Assembly (NCBI GenBank): GCA_002269645.1
Contig: NIVC01001024.1
Span: forward strand, 313,365-377,364
Direction of reading: 5' to 3'
Source: Macrostomum lignano
Taxonomy: Eukaryota
DNA length: 64,000 nt
Positions within the stretch are counted from its first letter, which is position 1; every line of letters starts with the position of its first letter. Shown here one piece after another: positions 12,531 to 24,790 of this stretch. A program made the translations under genes and the position numbers. The notes under the pieces were generated by a model. The model did no database searches. It was not told where the DNA came from and saw nothing but the letters and a program-made list of their open reading frames with translations.

Positions 12531-13322
12531 GAAGGGGAAGTCAAAAAGTATGATAAATATTATTGTTCAAAGACCAGAAAGCAATGTAAAGGCTTATTTC
12601 TCCACGAAATCTCTGTCTAGCTCTAGGCACTTCTCCATATGATGCCTCCATCGCTCCAGCCCCGCCCTAAAGAAGTCAGGCGGCTAGGATACAAGCCACT
12701 GCTGGGCTGCTATTTTTGCCCCCTCTTTGCTCAAATGTCGCACTCCTTTGATAGCTTCCTTCAACTTTGGAAACAGAAGAAGTCTGATGGCGTAAGATCA
12801 GGGCTGTAAGGAGGGTAGGAGAGAATTTCCCAGCAAAATTTGCATAGGACGCCTCAACAGAGCCGTGAAGTGTGCGCCGGGGCATTGTCCTGCTTAACTT
12901 TTTGACGCACGGCTATAACCATCTCTGCTGTGCGCACTATGCTTGGTCGTCCACTGCAGTTAGCATCTTCAATAGTCTCACGACCAGCCTTAAACTCTTG
13001 GATCCACTGATAAACGGTATGATTCAGTGGAGCAGCATCCCCGAAGACCTTCTGTAAAGCCTCGAGGATAGCAGCTGGCTTCCAACCCAACTGTGTTAAA
13101 AATTTCAGGTTGGATCGCACTTCAAGTTTGAAATTTTCCATTGCTGAAAGGGGGTACTATGTTTGTACTTCTGCCAAGGTTGATATATATATCCAAACAG
13201 AACAAAAAAGTATTAAAATAAGAAACAAAAGATACTTTTGCAAATGAAAAATGTCTGGGTTTAACATTTATTTTCTGCTTTGTGCAGGAGCAAAATTATC
13301 ATTACTTTTTGACTTCCCCTTG
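12531..13322 (-). mobile_element. Internally deleted mariner transposon
   Basis: TA-flanked TIRs (GAAGGGGAAGTCAAAAAGTA / TACTTTTTGACTTCCCCTTG). The minus-strand N-terminal HTH (MENFKLEVRSNLKFL...SGRP) is fused directly to QDNAPAH, followed by a degenerate YPPYSPDLTPSDF. Confidence 0.9.
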
Positions 13323-16215
13323 TACATTAATTATTTTTGGAATTTGCTGCCAACAAGCATTCATTGTGATATTGCAGTCACAATTTTAGCACTGCAAGCA
13401 CTTGTTTTAGTGCTGCATTTTAAGCATAGTTTTGGTACTGCAGGCATTATTTTTTGCTCTAAAGTAAAATTATTGATTTCTATAATAGGTCAACAAATTA
13501 GAGGCACTAGCATGTCCCTTATAGCTTTTATTGGCTTGGGGACATGTCCCTCTGTCCCCCTGGTGGCAATACTCCTAACAGTAGAATAAAAAACTACTAC
13601 TACAACTTTTGTTTGCATCAATACAGTAGATTGATTAGGTGACACATGCAAATATTGAAATATACAACATTTTATAGTATATTGCTCTGAATATAAATAT
13701 GCTAGATTGGGTCCCAAAATGATGCAGCTTGTATATAAAATAAGCAACTTGACATGTCATTTCAGCCTATTGACCTTAATCTAAAAAGAACTACAAATGA
13801 CCCTTTATTTAAATGTATAAATATAACAATAAAATATGAAAAGTTTTGAGTAATAACTCTTCTTCTTATAGACAAAATAAACTTTCTTTTTTTAAATGTG
13901 TCACTAAATTGTTTAAATTTATCATCAAAACATCATAAGTTGTCACTAAAAAGGCAATCATTAAAACATCATGTCACTAAAATGTCTAGGGACCCATTAC
14001 AAAATAACATTTTTTAACTTTTTATTAAATAGGTCATAACATATTATTAAACTTTTTCTATTACCAAATTGTCTGTTATTAAACTATCCTGTTTTTGTAG
14101 TGCATTATCCAGTAAAGGATATTGCTGTTCCTCAAGTATCATTTGAGGAAAGCTTAGTGCCACATCAATTCCTATAGGTACATTTTGAACAAATTGTTGC
14201 TGAATCCATCTATCTATCACATGGCTTCATTGACATTAGGCACCAGGGCAACCAATCTTTGATAGTTTATATTGAGGTTGCATAGTATAATATTGTTAAT
14301 GACTTCAATTCTAAGAACAAATTGCAGCGCTCAAAGTTGGCTAGCCATATTTAAGACTCAGCAGCAGCTAAGTAGTTCAAAAAGAAAATTAAAAAAAATT
14401 TAGAGTGGGAAACTAAAAGATTGCTTGATTGACTTTGTTTTTGCCTTTGGATACTATATGTCTATCAAACCAATCTATCAAACAAAGCTCTATTTATGCT
14501 TATCATTTAGGCTTTATGCTTAGTGTTAAATACTTTAAAAAATATTTTTAGCTGATTGATATAAAATAATGTTTTTGTAGATACGTTATTTCTAGTTGGT
14601 TATAGAATGTTTGATTAAGAGAGATATTATCTTCAAGTTCAATTAACACATTAAGGTAAAAATAAAAAATCAATGCACAATGGCTATCATATAGAATTGT
14701 TTTTTTAAATTACTTTTTTTCACTTAAATTTGATTGCTTTCTACTTTTTAAGTCCAAAAATATAAAACATGGGAATGAATTAGCTATTTAACATGTATTC
14801 ACAACTAAATAAACTGTTTAGTCCTATTATAGTTAATTTCTATATCACAAAACAAAGATACTACTTAGGCATTCTTTTTTACAGTAATATATTTTGCATC
14901 AGTTTTGTTATACAATATCCAATAGAAAATAGTGAGAATTGAAATAGATGTAGCCATGTTTATAAAATGCTTTTAATCAAGAATTTGTTAATAATGCATT
15001 GTAAAATCAAAAGTGAGGGGGTAGAAATGAAAATGAGAGTCAATTTATTAATACCATCACACCCATTTCTTTTCAGCCATGGTAGCAAAATGCAATTTTT
15101 TCTGGCAATTTTCAGGGTCTTTTATTTCTTTTTTTATTTTCCACTTACTTATTAATTTCATTTTGTACAATGCATTCTTAACAAATTCTCCATTGAGAGC
15201 ATCAAAATAGGGCATGTAATGGCTGATAATTAAATTAAAGAAAGAATGCACTTCTTTGATAAGGGAATATCAAAGTTTCTTTTTCTAAGCACCTTTTTAT
15301 ATTATAGTTTAGAATGTGCTACTAGATAGTAGGTGCTAAAACCTACAATGTATAAGCATAATATAACCATAGTTTTTGCCTGGTATTTCAATAATTTGCA
15401 TGTATATCATGTGCATTTAATTGCCATAGACTGAATTAATTCTAGCCTATAGCAAATTCTAGGTAGTTTATCAACATATGATCACTAATTTTAAAACATA
15501 TCTTCAAAGAAGTCTAAAGGGTTAAATAATCTTAATCACTTTTGGTTAGAGGGGTAAATTGCATGGTACAATGGTTCCATTGTTGTATGAATTCTATGTA
15601 AAACAATTACATGATTAATTAATCATTATCAGGTTGTTAACAATGTCTAAATTGTCATTCCTTACATTAGACAAAATTGAATCTTAGATTTTGTCATAGA
15701 AATAAAACTCTTAAATTTTGATATTTCAAAAATGTCTATAGCTCCAACCACTTGCTAAAATATTTAGGTCTTCCATGCAAGTTGGTTTAGATTCTTCTTG
15801 CATTTAAGATTATAAATACCCCCCAAAAGTCTTGTAAAATTTCTATAAAAATGTTTATAAATAATAAAATGATTATTGTTAGATTCTTATTACTATTAAA
15901 TTTAGGACAATTATTTGATTAAATTGTAATAAGTAAAATCAAGACACAATCACTACATAATGAAAGACACAAAAATTTTTATCTAATATCAAAATTGTAT
16001 TATTATAAAGTTAAGCATGATTTGTCAAGTCTATTAACAAGAATCTACACTGCGCATTCTACCCTAGATTGGCTTTTGGTTAGACAAAGCAATTTGAAAT
16101 ACAAGTAAAAAAAATAAATCAATAAAACATCAATCACAATGAAATAGCAAATAAAAAACTAATGGAATTTGTATGCTGCAATCCATTGCACAAATGTTAA
16201 TACTATACACTTCAG

Positions 16216-16752
16216 ATGCAGAAGTCTTCATCATTCCAAACTCGCCAGACCCAGCTACCAGATTTGTTAGCTTGGCGCGGTGCCAGGATTCTGTTTTACC
16301 AGCCTAGCAGGCGGGCCTATCTGCCTGGCATTATCAGGGACTTCTCAGCTGATCATGCTGTAATTGAGCCAGATGATGGACAGCCTGCCAGCTGCCTTCT
16401 GAACATCCCCATCAGCTCCATCATTGCTGATGCGGTTCCTCAGTCTGCTCAGCTAGCCGAATCTGGCACCCCAGTCTGCGTGACAGCTTCTGCAGTTTCC
16501 ACAGCGGCTTCGATAGCTTCTTCTTCGTCTGCAAAGTCAACCGATGACAATCGCGGTGTCTACCTGCCCGGCCGGGTGCGTCACCAGCAGGGAGCCGGTG
16601 GATCCGGCCGGGTGAGCGTCCATCTGGATTGCCCTCAACAAGCCGGCGATGCAGAAGAACTAATTGTGTCCGTGCACCGGTCCCAGCTGCGGCTGCTGCA
16701 GCCGCCCTGGCAAGAGGAGTTGCTGGCCTGGGGACTGGAAATGCAGCTGGAG
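16216..16752 (+). CDS. cic: cic exon: Tudor-like/DUF4819 region
   Basis: Ends [27 protein letters not shown]|GTGCGT. Confidence 0.85.
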
Positions 16753-16897
16753 GTGCGTGCTGGCTGTTGGCTTTGTGATTTGATTAATGTGTTAATTGAT
16801 ATGTTGGTTAGTCAGTTAGTTAGGTAGTTAGTGAGTCAGTTAGTTAGTTGGTTAGTCAGTTAGTTACTCAGTTAGTTAGTTAGTTAGTTGGTTAGTC

Positions 16898-16936
<39 letters not shown>

Positions 16937-16981
16937 CAGTTAGTTAGCTAGTTAGTTAGTTAGTCAGTTGGTTAGTCAGTC

Positions 16982-17028
<47 letters not shown>

Positions 17029-20000
17029 CAGATAGTTAGTTAGTTAGTCAGATAGTTAACTAGTCAGTTAGTTACTCAGTTAGTCAGTTAGTTAGTAATT
17101 TAGTTAGTTAGTCAGTTAGTTAGTTAGTCTGGTAGCTTTTTGCTCCAGAACTATCTATGCGAATATTGTATCTGTCATGTTTAAACACTAAGCAACTTAA
17201 AAAATCCCAATTTCCCAGATGCAGCAAGCCGTCTTGAACGCAGCCGCCGCGGCAGCTGCAGAGGACCCGGAGCCCAGCGCCAATCTTCTAGAAGAAGACT
17301 TCAACAGTGAAAACAACGCAGCCGAAGACGAGGAGCGCGGTAGCGACAGTCAAGAGCCAGACGTTGAAGTTGAAGAGTTCGATGATGCTCAATCTGATCA
17401 CGTGACTACCGCGCCTGACGACTCGGACAATATTATAGTCGATGAGGCTCAGACTGAGGCTGCTGGACACAATGATCCAGTCGATGAAGAAGAACTCGAA
17501 GAAGAAGAAGCCGACGACAAGTCGATGCCGTGCTTGGAGGAGGCCGCCTCATCGGCTTCTGCAGCCTCCGCTCCTGGTTGCAGTACTCAGCGGCAGGCAG
17601 CTGCCAGGCTGCTGGACCACGGTCCCCTGCCATCGATGCCTCTGCCGTTGCCCCTGCCGCTGCCGCCGCCGCCGCACATGTCCAAGTCGATTCAGCAGCA
17701 CCAGCCGCTGCCCTATCCGCTGCACCAGCACCATCATGCGGTTTCAGGTGATTTATTGCTTGCCTGATTCTTGGGCGCCAGTGTTGCATGTTCAGTCTGG
17801 GCCATCCGCTACCCTCACAGATGCTCTACAATCCTAGATCCGCTAACACCCTCACAGATCCCATCAGATCCTCTACCATCCCAGATCCTCTACAACCCTC
17901 CCAGATCCTCTACCATCCCAGATCCTCTACTACCCACTCAGAGATCCTCTACCATCCCAGATCCTCTACCATCCCAGATCCTCTACCATCCCAGATCCTC
18001 TACCACCCACTCAGAGATCCTCTACTATCCCAGATCCTCTACCACCCTCCAGATCCTCTACCACCCACTCAGATCCTCTACCACCCTCCCAGATCCTCTG
18101 CCACCCTCCCAGATCCTTACAATCCTTCCAGATCCTCTACCACCCTTCCAGATCCTCTGCCACCCTCCCAGATCCTCTACCACCCTCCTAGTTCCTCTAC
18201 CACCCTCCCAGATCCTCACAATCCTCCCAGATCCTCTACCACCCACTCAGAGATCCTTTACCATCCCAGATCCTCTACCACCCTCCCAGATCCTCTGCAA
18301 CCCACTGAGATCCTCTACCACCCTCCCAGATCCTCTGCAACCCACTGAGATCCTCTACCACCCTCCCAGATCCTCTGCCACCCTCCTAGATCCTCTGCCA
18401 CCCTCCCAGATCCTCTACCACCCTCCCAGATCCTCTACCACCCTCCCAGATCCTCTGCCACCCTCCCAGATCCTTACAATCCTCCCAGATCCTCTACCAC
18501 CCTCCCAGATCCTCTGCAATCCTCCCAGATCCTCTACCACCCTCCCAGATCCTCTACCACCCTCCCAGATCCTCTACCACCCTCCCAGATCCTCTACCAC
18601 CCTCCCAGATCCTCTACCACCCACTCAGATCCTCTACCACCCTTCCAGATCCTCTGCCACCCTCCCAGATCCTTACAATCCTCCCAGATCCTCTACCACC
18701 CTCCCAGATCCTCTGCCACCCTCCCAGATCCTTACAATCCTCCCAGATCCTCTACCACCCTCCCAGATCCTCTGCCACCCTCCCAGATCCTCTACCACCC
18801 TCCCAGATCCTCTGCCACCCTCCCAGATCCTCTACCACCCTCCCAGATCCTCTGCCACCCTCCCAGATCCTCTACCACCCTCCCAGATCCTCTGCCACCC
18901 TCCCAGATCCTCTACCACACTATGCTAGTGGTTTTAGCTCGTAGCTTAGTGTTTAGAGCGTCAGACTCACAAATTGAAGGTCAGAGGTTTGATTCCCGAC
19001 TCCACCGAAACAATTGGTGTCATTGGGCAAGACACTTAACTCTGCATTGCTTCAGTTCAGCTGTAAAATGAGTGCCAGCATTAGCTGGGGTGATTGAGGG
19101 TGTGTGGCGACCCCCCCCTCTATCCTTGGACTGAACAGCCGCACGCAACCTTCAGATGCGCCACGCAATAGCTGCGGCTGAGCTGTCGGTTGCACATCTG
19201 CCCATTAGGGCAGGTGTAATCAATTATTATTAATATTATTATTAATATCACCCTCCTAGATTCTTTAACACCATCTCAGGCCAACTGCAACTCTGCCATA
19301 GCAATTCCCAAACCATCAGCCAAAAGCAGCTGCCACCCGCCTCTCCCGTCCGTCAGACTCAGACCCCAGCGCGGTTGCCAGCGGCAGCTCAGCATCGGCT
19401 GCTGCAGCGGCAGCGGCGGCCGCCCTGCAGAACAAGTACAAGAAAGGCGACATTGTCCGCACGCCGAGTGGCGTTCGCAAGAAGTTCAACGGCAAGCAGT
19501 GGCGCAGGCTGTGCAGCGCAGATGGCTGTAATAAAGAGTCGCAACGGCGAGGTTATTGCTCACGACATCTCAGCCAGAAGGGCAAGGCTAGCAAGTGAGT
19601 TGTTTTTAACATTTTTCTAGTCAGATCTCAAGTCGGATAATAAATACGAATAGGAAAACATATATTTATATAACTAAATATAACTGACTTCAAGTTCTGT
19701 CTCTTCTGTCTCAAGGCAGGTGTTGTCTATCAATTATGTTGATCACAGTGTTTCCTACATCGTAGGGAAAACTAAACGACACCTGCACACCAGAGCAGGA
19801 GAACATAAAAAAATCTAGATCACTTGTTAGGTGGTGACACACGATCCGATGCAGCTGTTTTAAGTGTTAGATGGTTGCAAATATGAATTCAAACTAAAAA
19901 TCATTCGAATCTTCGTACGAAAAGATAAGGCTTGTTGCGATGATTTGTGACGTGCCCTGAATATGATAATATAGCATATATACAATAGCATTTTTTTCAT

Positions 20001-23000
20001 TTTATTCAATATGTCAATCATTCGATTTACAAAATATACGTCAAACTTGGGTTATTCTGAGATTAAGGATTGGCTGAAAAATATACAATAAAATGAAGTG
20101 CCAAGATATGTGCCATTAAAATACTCGTATTATCAGAAAAATGGCAGAAAAATTAAAATCCAAACAATCAAATACAAAAAAACCATAACTGTAATTAGTG
20201 ACTGAGTGTCTATTTACTGTACGAGCTACTTCCACACAGACTTCCGCGCCAATATTTTAAAGGGAGTCAAAGACTAACACGAAAAGATTTATAAGTTTGT
20301 CAATTCGCTGACTTACAAGTGTAGACATAGTTAAGTTTTCCTTTATCCAAAACGAGCCATTTTGACTGTTCAATCTGAATGATAGGGTCAAATGAAAAAG
20401 GAATAGTTACTGCAGCGCAAGCACGCACTACTTTCGTGCCCATTATGCAGCGAAAACATGCAGGACTAAATTTCCCTTCAAAAATTTTTGAGCGTGAAAC
20501 TAAACCAAACATTGTAACGTCCTCATGAGAAACTGCCGATAGCAGCATCCCAGTGATAGAGCACACCGTGTGCAGCTTCTCACCGTCATCAACGAACAGC
20601 ATGCGGTTCCTCACCGAAATCCGAGGCCTGGTGCCCACCCTGTCGATGCCGGTCACCGCGAGCTTCAGCTGGACTTCGTTCGACTTCTTGGACAGTCCGA
20701 AAATCACCGGCTTGCCGTCAGCTCGCTCGGCGAGGATGAACAGCTTGTCGGAGTCTCCGGCGATGCAGCACAGCTTCTGCACGTCATCTTGCAGGTCGGA
20801 GACACCGACTCGAGACTGGCTACTCACAGCTAAACATTTCGTTGTCAATAAAAAATGACGATGACTCTGCTAGGTTTTGGGGGTTCATTGTCACAAGGTC
20901 AACATATAGCATAATTGTTTACTTACAGCCTCCCCATAATCTTACACAATTCGCAGGTACCAACGCCCGCTGGAGCCGTGGTTCCATCACCCGCACCTGC
21001 ACCCTCATCACCACCCGCATCAGCACCAGCGCGGAGCCGCGTCGGGCCACTCTTCATCCGCTCAGCATCCGCCGCCGCCTCATCCGGGCTTCCCACCAGG
21101 CCTGCTGCCTCCGCCGCCGCCTCATTTGCCTCATCAGTATCCCGGCCAGCCTCATCAGCACGGATTTCCTCATCCGGGATTTCTGGCTGCCGCAGCCGCC
21201 GCAGTTTCGGAGGCCGCCCTGCGTCATCAGCAGCAGCAGCAGCGCCGGGGTCTGCCGCCTCCGCCTCCCTGCACCAGCCTGCTGCCCATTCTGGAAGCTG
21301 AACAGCAGTTCTCAGACAATGACGATGAAGCTGAGTCCGATGATGATCAGATAGACCCTGGCAACAACAACAACAATAACCATAGCAACGGGAATAACGA
21401 TGGCAGCGGCGCTGAGGACGCCTTCGATGAGGAGGATGACAATGATGGCGACTTCGAAGACGGCCCGCCATCGGCTCTGCGACTGCTGCCCATCGTTCGG
21501 CGGAGCGGCAACGGAGGCGGCGGTTGCCATAGTAATAATAATAATAACGATGACTCAGACAGGGCCGAACTGCTGGAGATGGCCTGGGCCAATTCTGGCT
21601 GGCTTTGCTTCGACAGAGACGATCAGCTGGTTGGTTTGCAGTTTGTGTTTATGAATTCATAGATTTATGGTGTGCTGACTGCAGGGGGGGGGACGTAGTT
21701 CACTGGTCCAGCGCGGTGCACGGATGTGCCTGCAGCCCAGGCTCGATTCCAAGTGCATGCAGTCACAATAATTTACGGCCTTGAGGGCCAACCCCCAAGG
21801 CACAGTGAAGTGTACATACCTAAGGTACACTCCTGTGTATGTGCCTGCTTAGGGGTGGAATGGGTAGCAACGCCTCTCGCCGGTTGCTTTTTGCCTCGCT
21901 AACTAGTTAAGCCAGCTTCTATGCGATGTACAGTGTGATGTACATGTGTTGAAATGGCAGCGATAGTCTATGGCCAATACTGATTTTGAGCATGCTTTGC
22001 CGTGAAAAAATGTTAATAATATGTCCTACGGTTAGATTATATAAATAATACTTCGGGTGCTACATAAACTTAATATTAGGATTCTTGGGATTTCTGTGGC
22101 AATTAGTTTGATTTTAAGCCTAACAATTAAAAAAACCCAGAACTGTTTACTTATAGTATTAGAAGACATCAGGAGCATTTTTAATCCAATTAACTGTTTC
22201 TCTTTTATAACATTATCTAAGGATTAAAAATGTCTAGGATTTGGATTTCTCATTCAGACATATTCAACAACAGAATGCCGTATCTTGCTATTCATTTTTA
22301 CAGCGCATTGTCCAGCCGGACCAATACGAAACTGCAGGGTCGCCTCAATCGGCCTCTGACTCATCGCAGTCACCTTGCGCTTCACCCGGACCAGCTAATC
22401 ACATGGGTGCTCAGCGGCTTGGCTGGGAAAGTGAGCGACCTTGCGAATAATGACTCATTTTAGTCCTACTAAGATATGCCCCACCAGCTGTATGACTCAT
22501 TTTAGTCCTCGACAGATATGACCCACTAGCTCTATGACTCATCTCATCCCGTTGGATATGACTTACTAGCTCTATGACTCATCTCATCCCTTTGGATATG
22601 ACTCACTAGCTCTATGACTCATCTCATCCCTTTGGATATGACTCACTAGCTCTATGACTCATCTCATCCCGTTAAATATGACCCACCAGCTCTATGACTC
22701 ATCTCATCCCGTTGGATATGACTCACTAGCTCTATGACTCATCTAAACCCGTTAGATATAACCCCACCAGCTCTATAACTCATTTCATTCCTTTAGTTAT
22801 AACCCCACCAGCTCTATGACTCATTTTAGTCCCCAATAAGATGTGACCCATAGAGCTCCATGACTCATTTTAGTCCCCAATAAGATATGACCCACCAGCT
22901 CTATGACTCATTTTAGTCCCCAATAAGATATGACCCACCAGCTCTATGACTCATTTTAGTCCCCAATAGGATATGACCCACCAGCTCTATGACTCATTTT

Positions 23001-23604
23001 AGTCCCCAATAGGATATGACCCACCAGCTCTATGACTCATTTTAGTCCCCAAAAGGATATGACCCACCAGCTCTATGACTCATTTTAGTCCCCAATAGGA
23101 TATGACCCACCAGCTCTATGACTCATTTTAGTCCCCAATAGGATATGACCCACCAGCTCTATGACTCATTTTAGTCCCCAATAGGATATGACCCACCAGC
23201 TCTATGACTCATTTTAGTCCCCAAAAGGATATGACCCACCAGCTCTATGACTCATTTTAGTCCCCAATAGGATATGACCCACCAGCTCTATGACTCATTT
23301 TAGTCCCCAATAGGATATGACCCACCAGCTCTATGACTCATTTTAGTCCCCAATAGGATATGACCCACCAGCTCTATGACTCATTTTAGTCCCCAATAGG
23401 ATATGACCCACCAGCTCTATGACTCATTTTAGTCCCCAATAGGATATGACCCACCAGCTCTATGACTCATTTTAGTCCCCAATAGGATATGACCCACCAG
23501 CTCTATGACTCATTCTGACCATCGAAATTGCAGGCGAAGATCAGCCGGAATCATCCAACTGCCCGCCGCAGTCAGTGCTGGCTTGTGCGGTGAAACTGGA
23601 GTGA
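16216..23604 (+). CDS. cic: Capicua-like gene, CIC-L N-terminal modules only (possibly 5'-incomplete)
   Basis: Exons 16216-16752, 17219-17747, ~19357(or 19280)-19594, 20957-21629, 22304-22430, 23534-23604. The TGA overlaps an AATAAA. Diagnostic motifs are IIADAVP...G.PVCV...[12 protein letters not shown] (DUF4819/Tudor-like) and [47 protein letters not shown]. The exon-3 acceptor and the exon-4 donor (GTTGGT) are uncertain. An acceptor immediately precedes the 16216 ATG. Confidence 0.8.
16808..17130 (+). repeat. (TTAG)n microsatellite
   Basis: Directly visible, intronic. Confidence 0.97.
17825..18920 (+). repeat. ~20-bp minisatellite (CCTCCCAGATCCTCTACCAC)n
   Basis: Directly visible. The 385-aa and 186-aa P/S-rich ORFs here are repeat artefacts inside a cic intron. 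Confidence 0.95.
18937..19245 (+). mobile_element. tRNA-derived CORE-type SINE
   Basis: A-box TAGCTTAGTG and B-box GGTTTGATTCCC, then a MIR/CORE-like GTCATTGGGCAAGACACTTAAC...CAGCTGTAAAATG, then an (ATT)n tail. Confidence 0.75.
19357..19594 (+). CDS. cic: cic exon: [12 protein letters not shown] Cys/His motif (frame not listed in the ORF track)
   Basis: Hand translation gives [52 protein letters not shown], nearly identical to the CIC-L motif. Donor GTGAGT at 19595. Confidence 0.9.
20300..20830 (-). CDS. Antisense terminal exon nested in a cic intron, unknown protein
   Basis: About 176 open codons following a TTTAG acceptor at ~20831. Non-repetitive, GC-rich protein-like sequence ([35 protein letters not shown]). 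No ATG start. Confidence 0.5.
   Translation of the reverse strand, partial: AVSSQSRVGVSDLQDDVQKLCCIAGDSDKLFILAERADGKPVIFGLSKKSNEVQLKLAVTGIDRVGTRPRISVRNRMLFVDDGEKLHTVCSITGMLLSAVSHEDVTMFGLVSRSKIFEGKFSPACFRCIMGTKVVRACAAVTIPFSFDPIIQIEQSKWLVLDKGKLNYVYTCKSAN
21684..21890 (+). mobile_element. tRNA-derived SINE family A, degenerate copy
   Basis: GGCTCGATTCCAAGTGCA...GTCACA head and ACAGTGAAGTGTACAT body match the reverse complement of the copies at 30230, 50160 and 59241. Confidence 0.7.
22455..23515 (+). repeat. 43-bp minisatellite (ATATGACCCACCAGCTCTATGACTCATTTTAGTCCCCAATAGG)n
   Basis: Units are 43 bp apart (e.g. 22928, 22971). The right half is homogeneous and the left half diverged. Lies in the last cic intron. 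Confidence 0.95.
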
Positions 23605-24374
23605 ATAAAATTATCCGAATAAACATTTTTTAGTTCTCAAGCCTCGTTTTGGTGTCCCATTTTGTAACTTTTCTTTAAGCACCTCTTAATGTCAGTTCAA
23701 TCATAATCTGCAGTCATGTTAGTCGGCGTTTTATTAGTTACAAAATTTGTAGTAAAATAATGTTTGTTTAAATGCGTTGGAAATATTTAAACTTTAGTTA
23801 TTGTTAATTGCGTACTTCAATTTTTTCACTTGATTATTTAATTTTTGTTTTTGTTAATCTGTTTAATCATTGAAAAAATTTCAATGCAAGTCTCTTATTG
23901 ATTTCTTTGTTTATTTAGTCAGTTTTCTCCACAAATCTTGCAATACGATTTTAATAATTTCAATCTTTATTGATCATCTTTGCGTCTTTAATCATAATTA
24001 TATTTATCTGCTCCTTATTTAATTAATTGTTTTGCAGTAAACAAATCACCATTTTTGTCATTTTCTCATTGAATCTGTTCAACTTTTTTACCTCGCAATG
24101 TTTTTAATTTCGGAACAAATTTTCCCGCGTAAGTCATCTTTTATTGGCTATTTATCAATTTCACAAGTTGTTTTATCAATCAAACTTTCATTGTCGTGTA
24201 TTCTGTGCAAATTTACCCTAGTTGTCTCTGTGTTGTGAACTATTTAATTACTGATATTAATACTACTAATAAATATTGTACAATAGTATCCACTGTTTGT
24301 GGTGTTTGGTATTATCAGTTTAAATGCTTTCTAAACGGCCTTCATTTTTGTTTTTTTTTTATACTTGTTTTGTG

Positions 24375-24790
24375 AGGCGCCGATTCGGGTGTTTTAGGCG
24401 CTAATCTGTGTGTTTATGATTCGCCGATTGGGGTGTTATGAGGGCGCCGATCGGGGTATTGTGAGGGCGCCGATTCGAGTGTTTTGAGGGCGCTAGATTG
24501 GATTTATAAGTGTGCGCCGATCGTGGTACTTTGGGGACGCCGATTGGGGTGTTATAAAAGCGCCGATTGAGGTGTTATGAGAGCGCCGATTGAGGTGTTA
24601 TGAGGACGCCAATGAAGTGTTATGAGAGCGCCGATTGAAGCGTTATGAGGGCACGATTGAGGTGTTATGAGAGCGCCGATTTGCGTATCATAAGGGTGCC
24701 TATTGAGAGTTATTAATGGCACCAACAATTTTAGAATTCGGAGAGGCTATATTGGTAATTGCGGAGGCGCCTATTTTGATGTGTTTCGGG
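24375..24790 (+). repeat. Degenerate ~22-23-bp repeat (GGCGCCGATTGGGGTGTTAT)n
   Basis: GCGCCGAT core repeated more than a dozen times. Confidence 0.85.

Noticed and set aside
17771-18928. 385-aa Pro/Ser-rich ORF
   Set aside because: It is a minisatellite inside a cic intron, has no true ATG, and is open in several frames because of composition.
18937-19010. tRNA gene candidates here and at the SINE A heads (29800-29877, 30530-30600)
   Set aside because: A and B boxes are present but the cloverleaf is degenerate, and each is attached to a repeated SINE body.
20842-21654. Alternative-frame and antisense ORFs over cic exon 4, also over exon 2, the GT7 gene and the LINE
   Set aside because: These are shadows of GC-rich coding sequence. 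Splice phase or conserved motifs identify the real frame.
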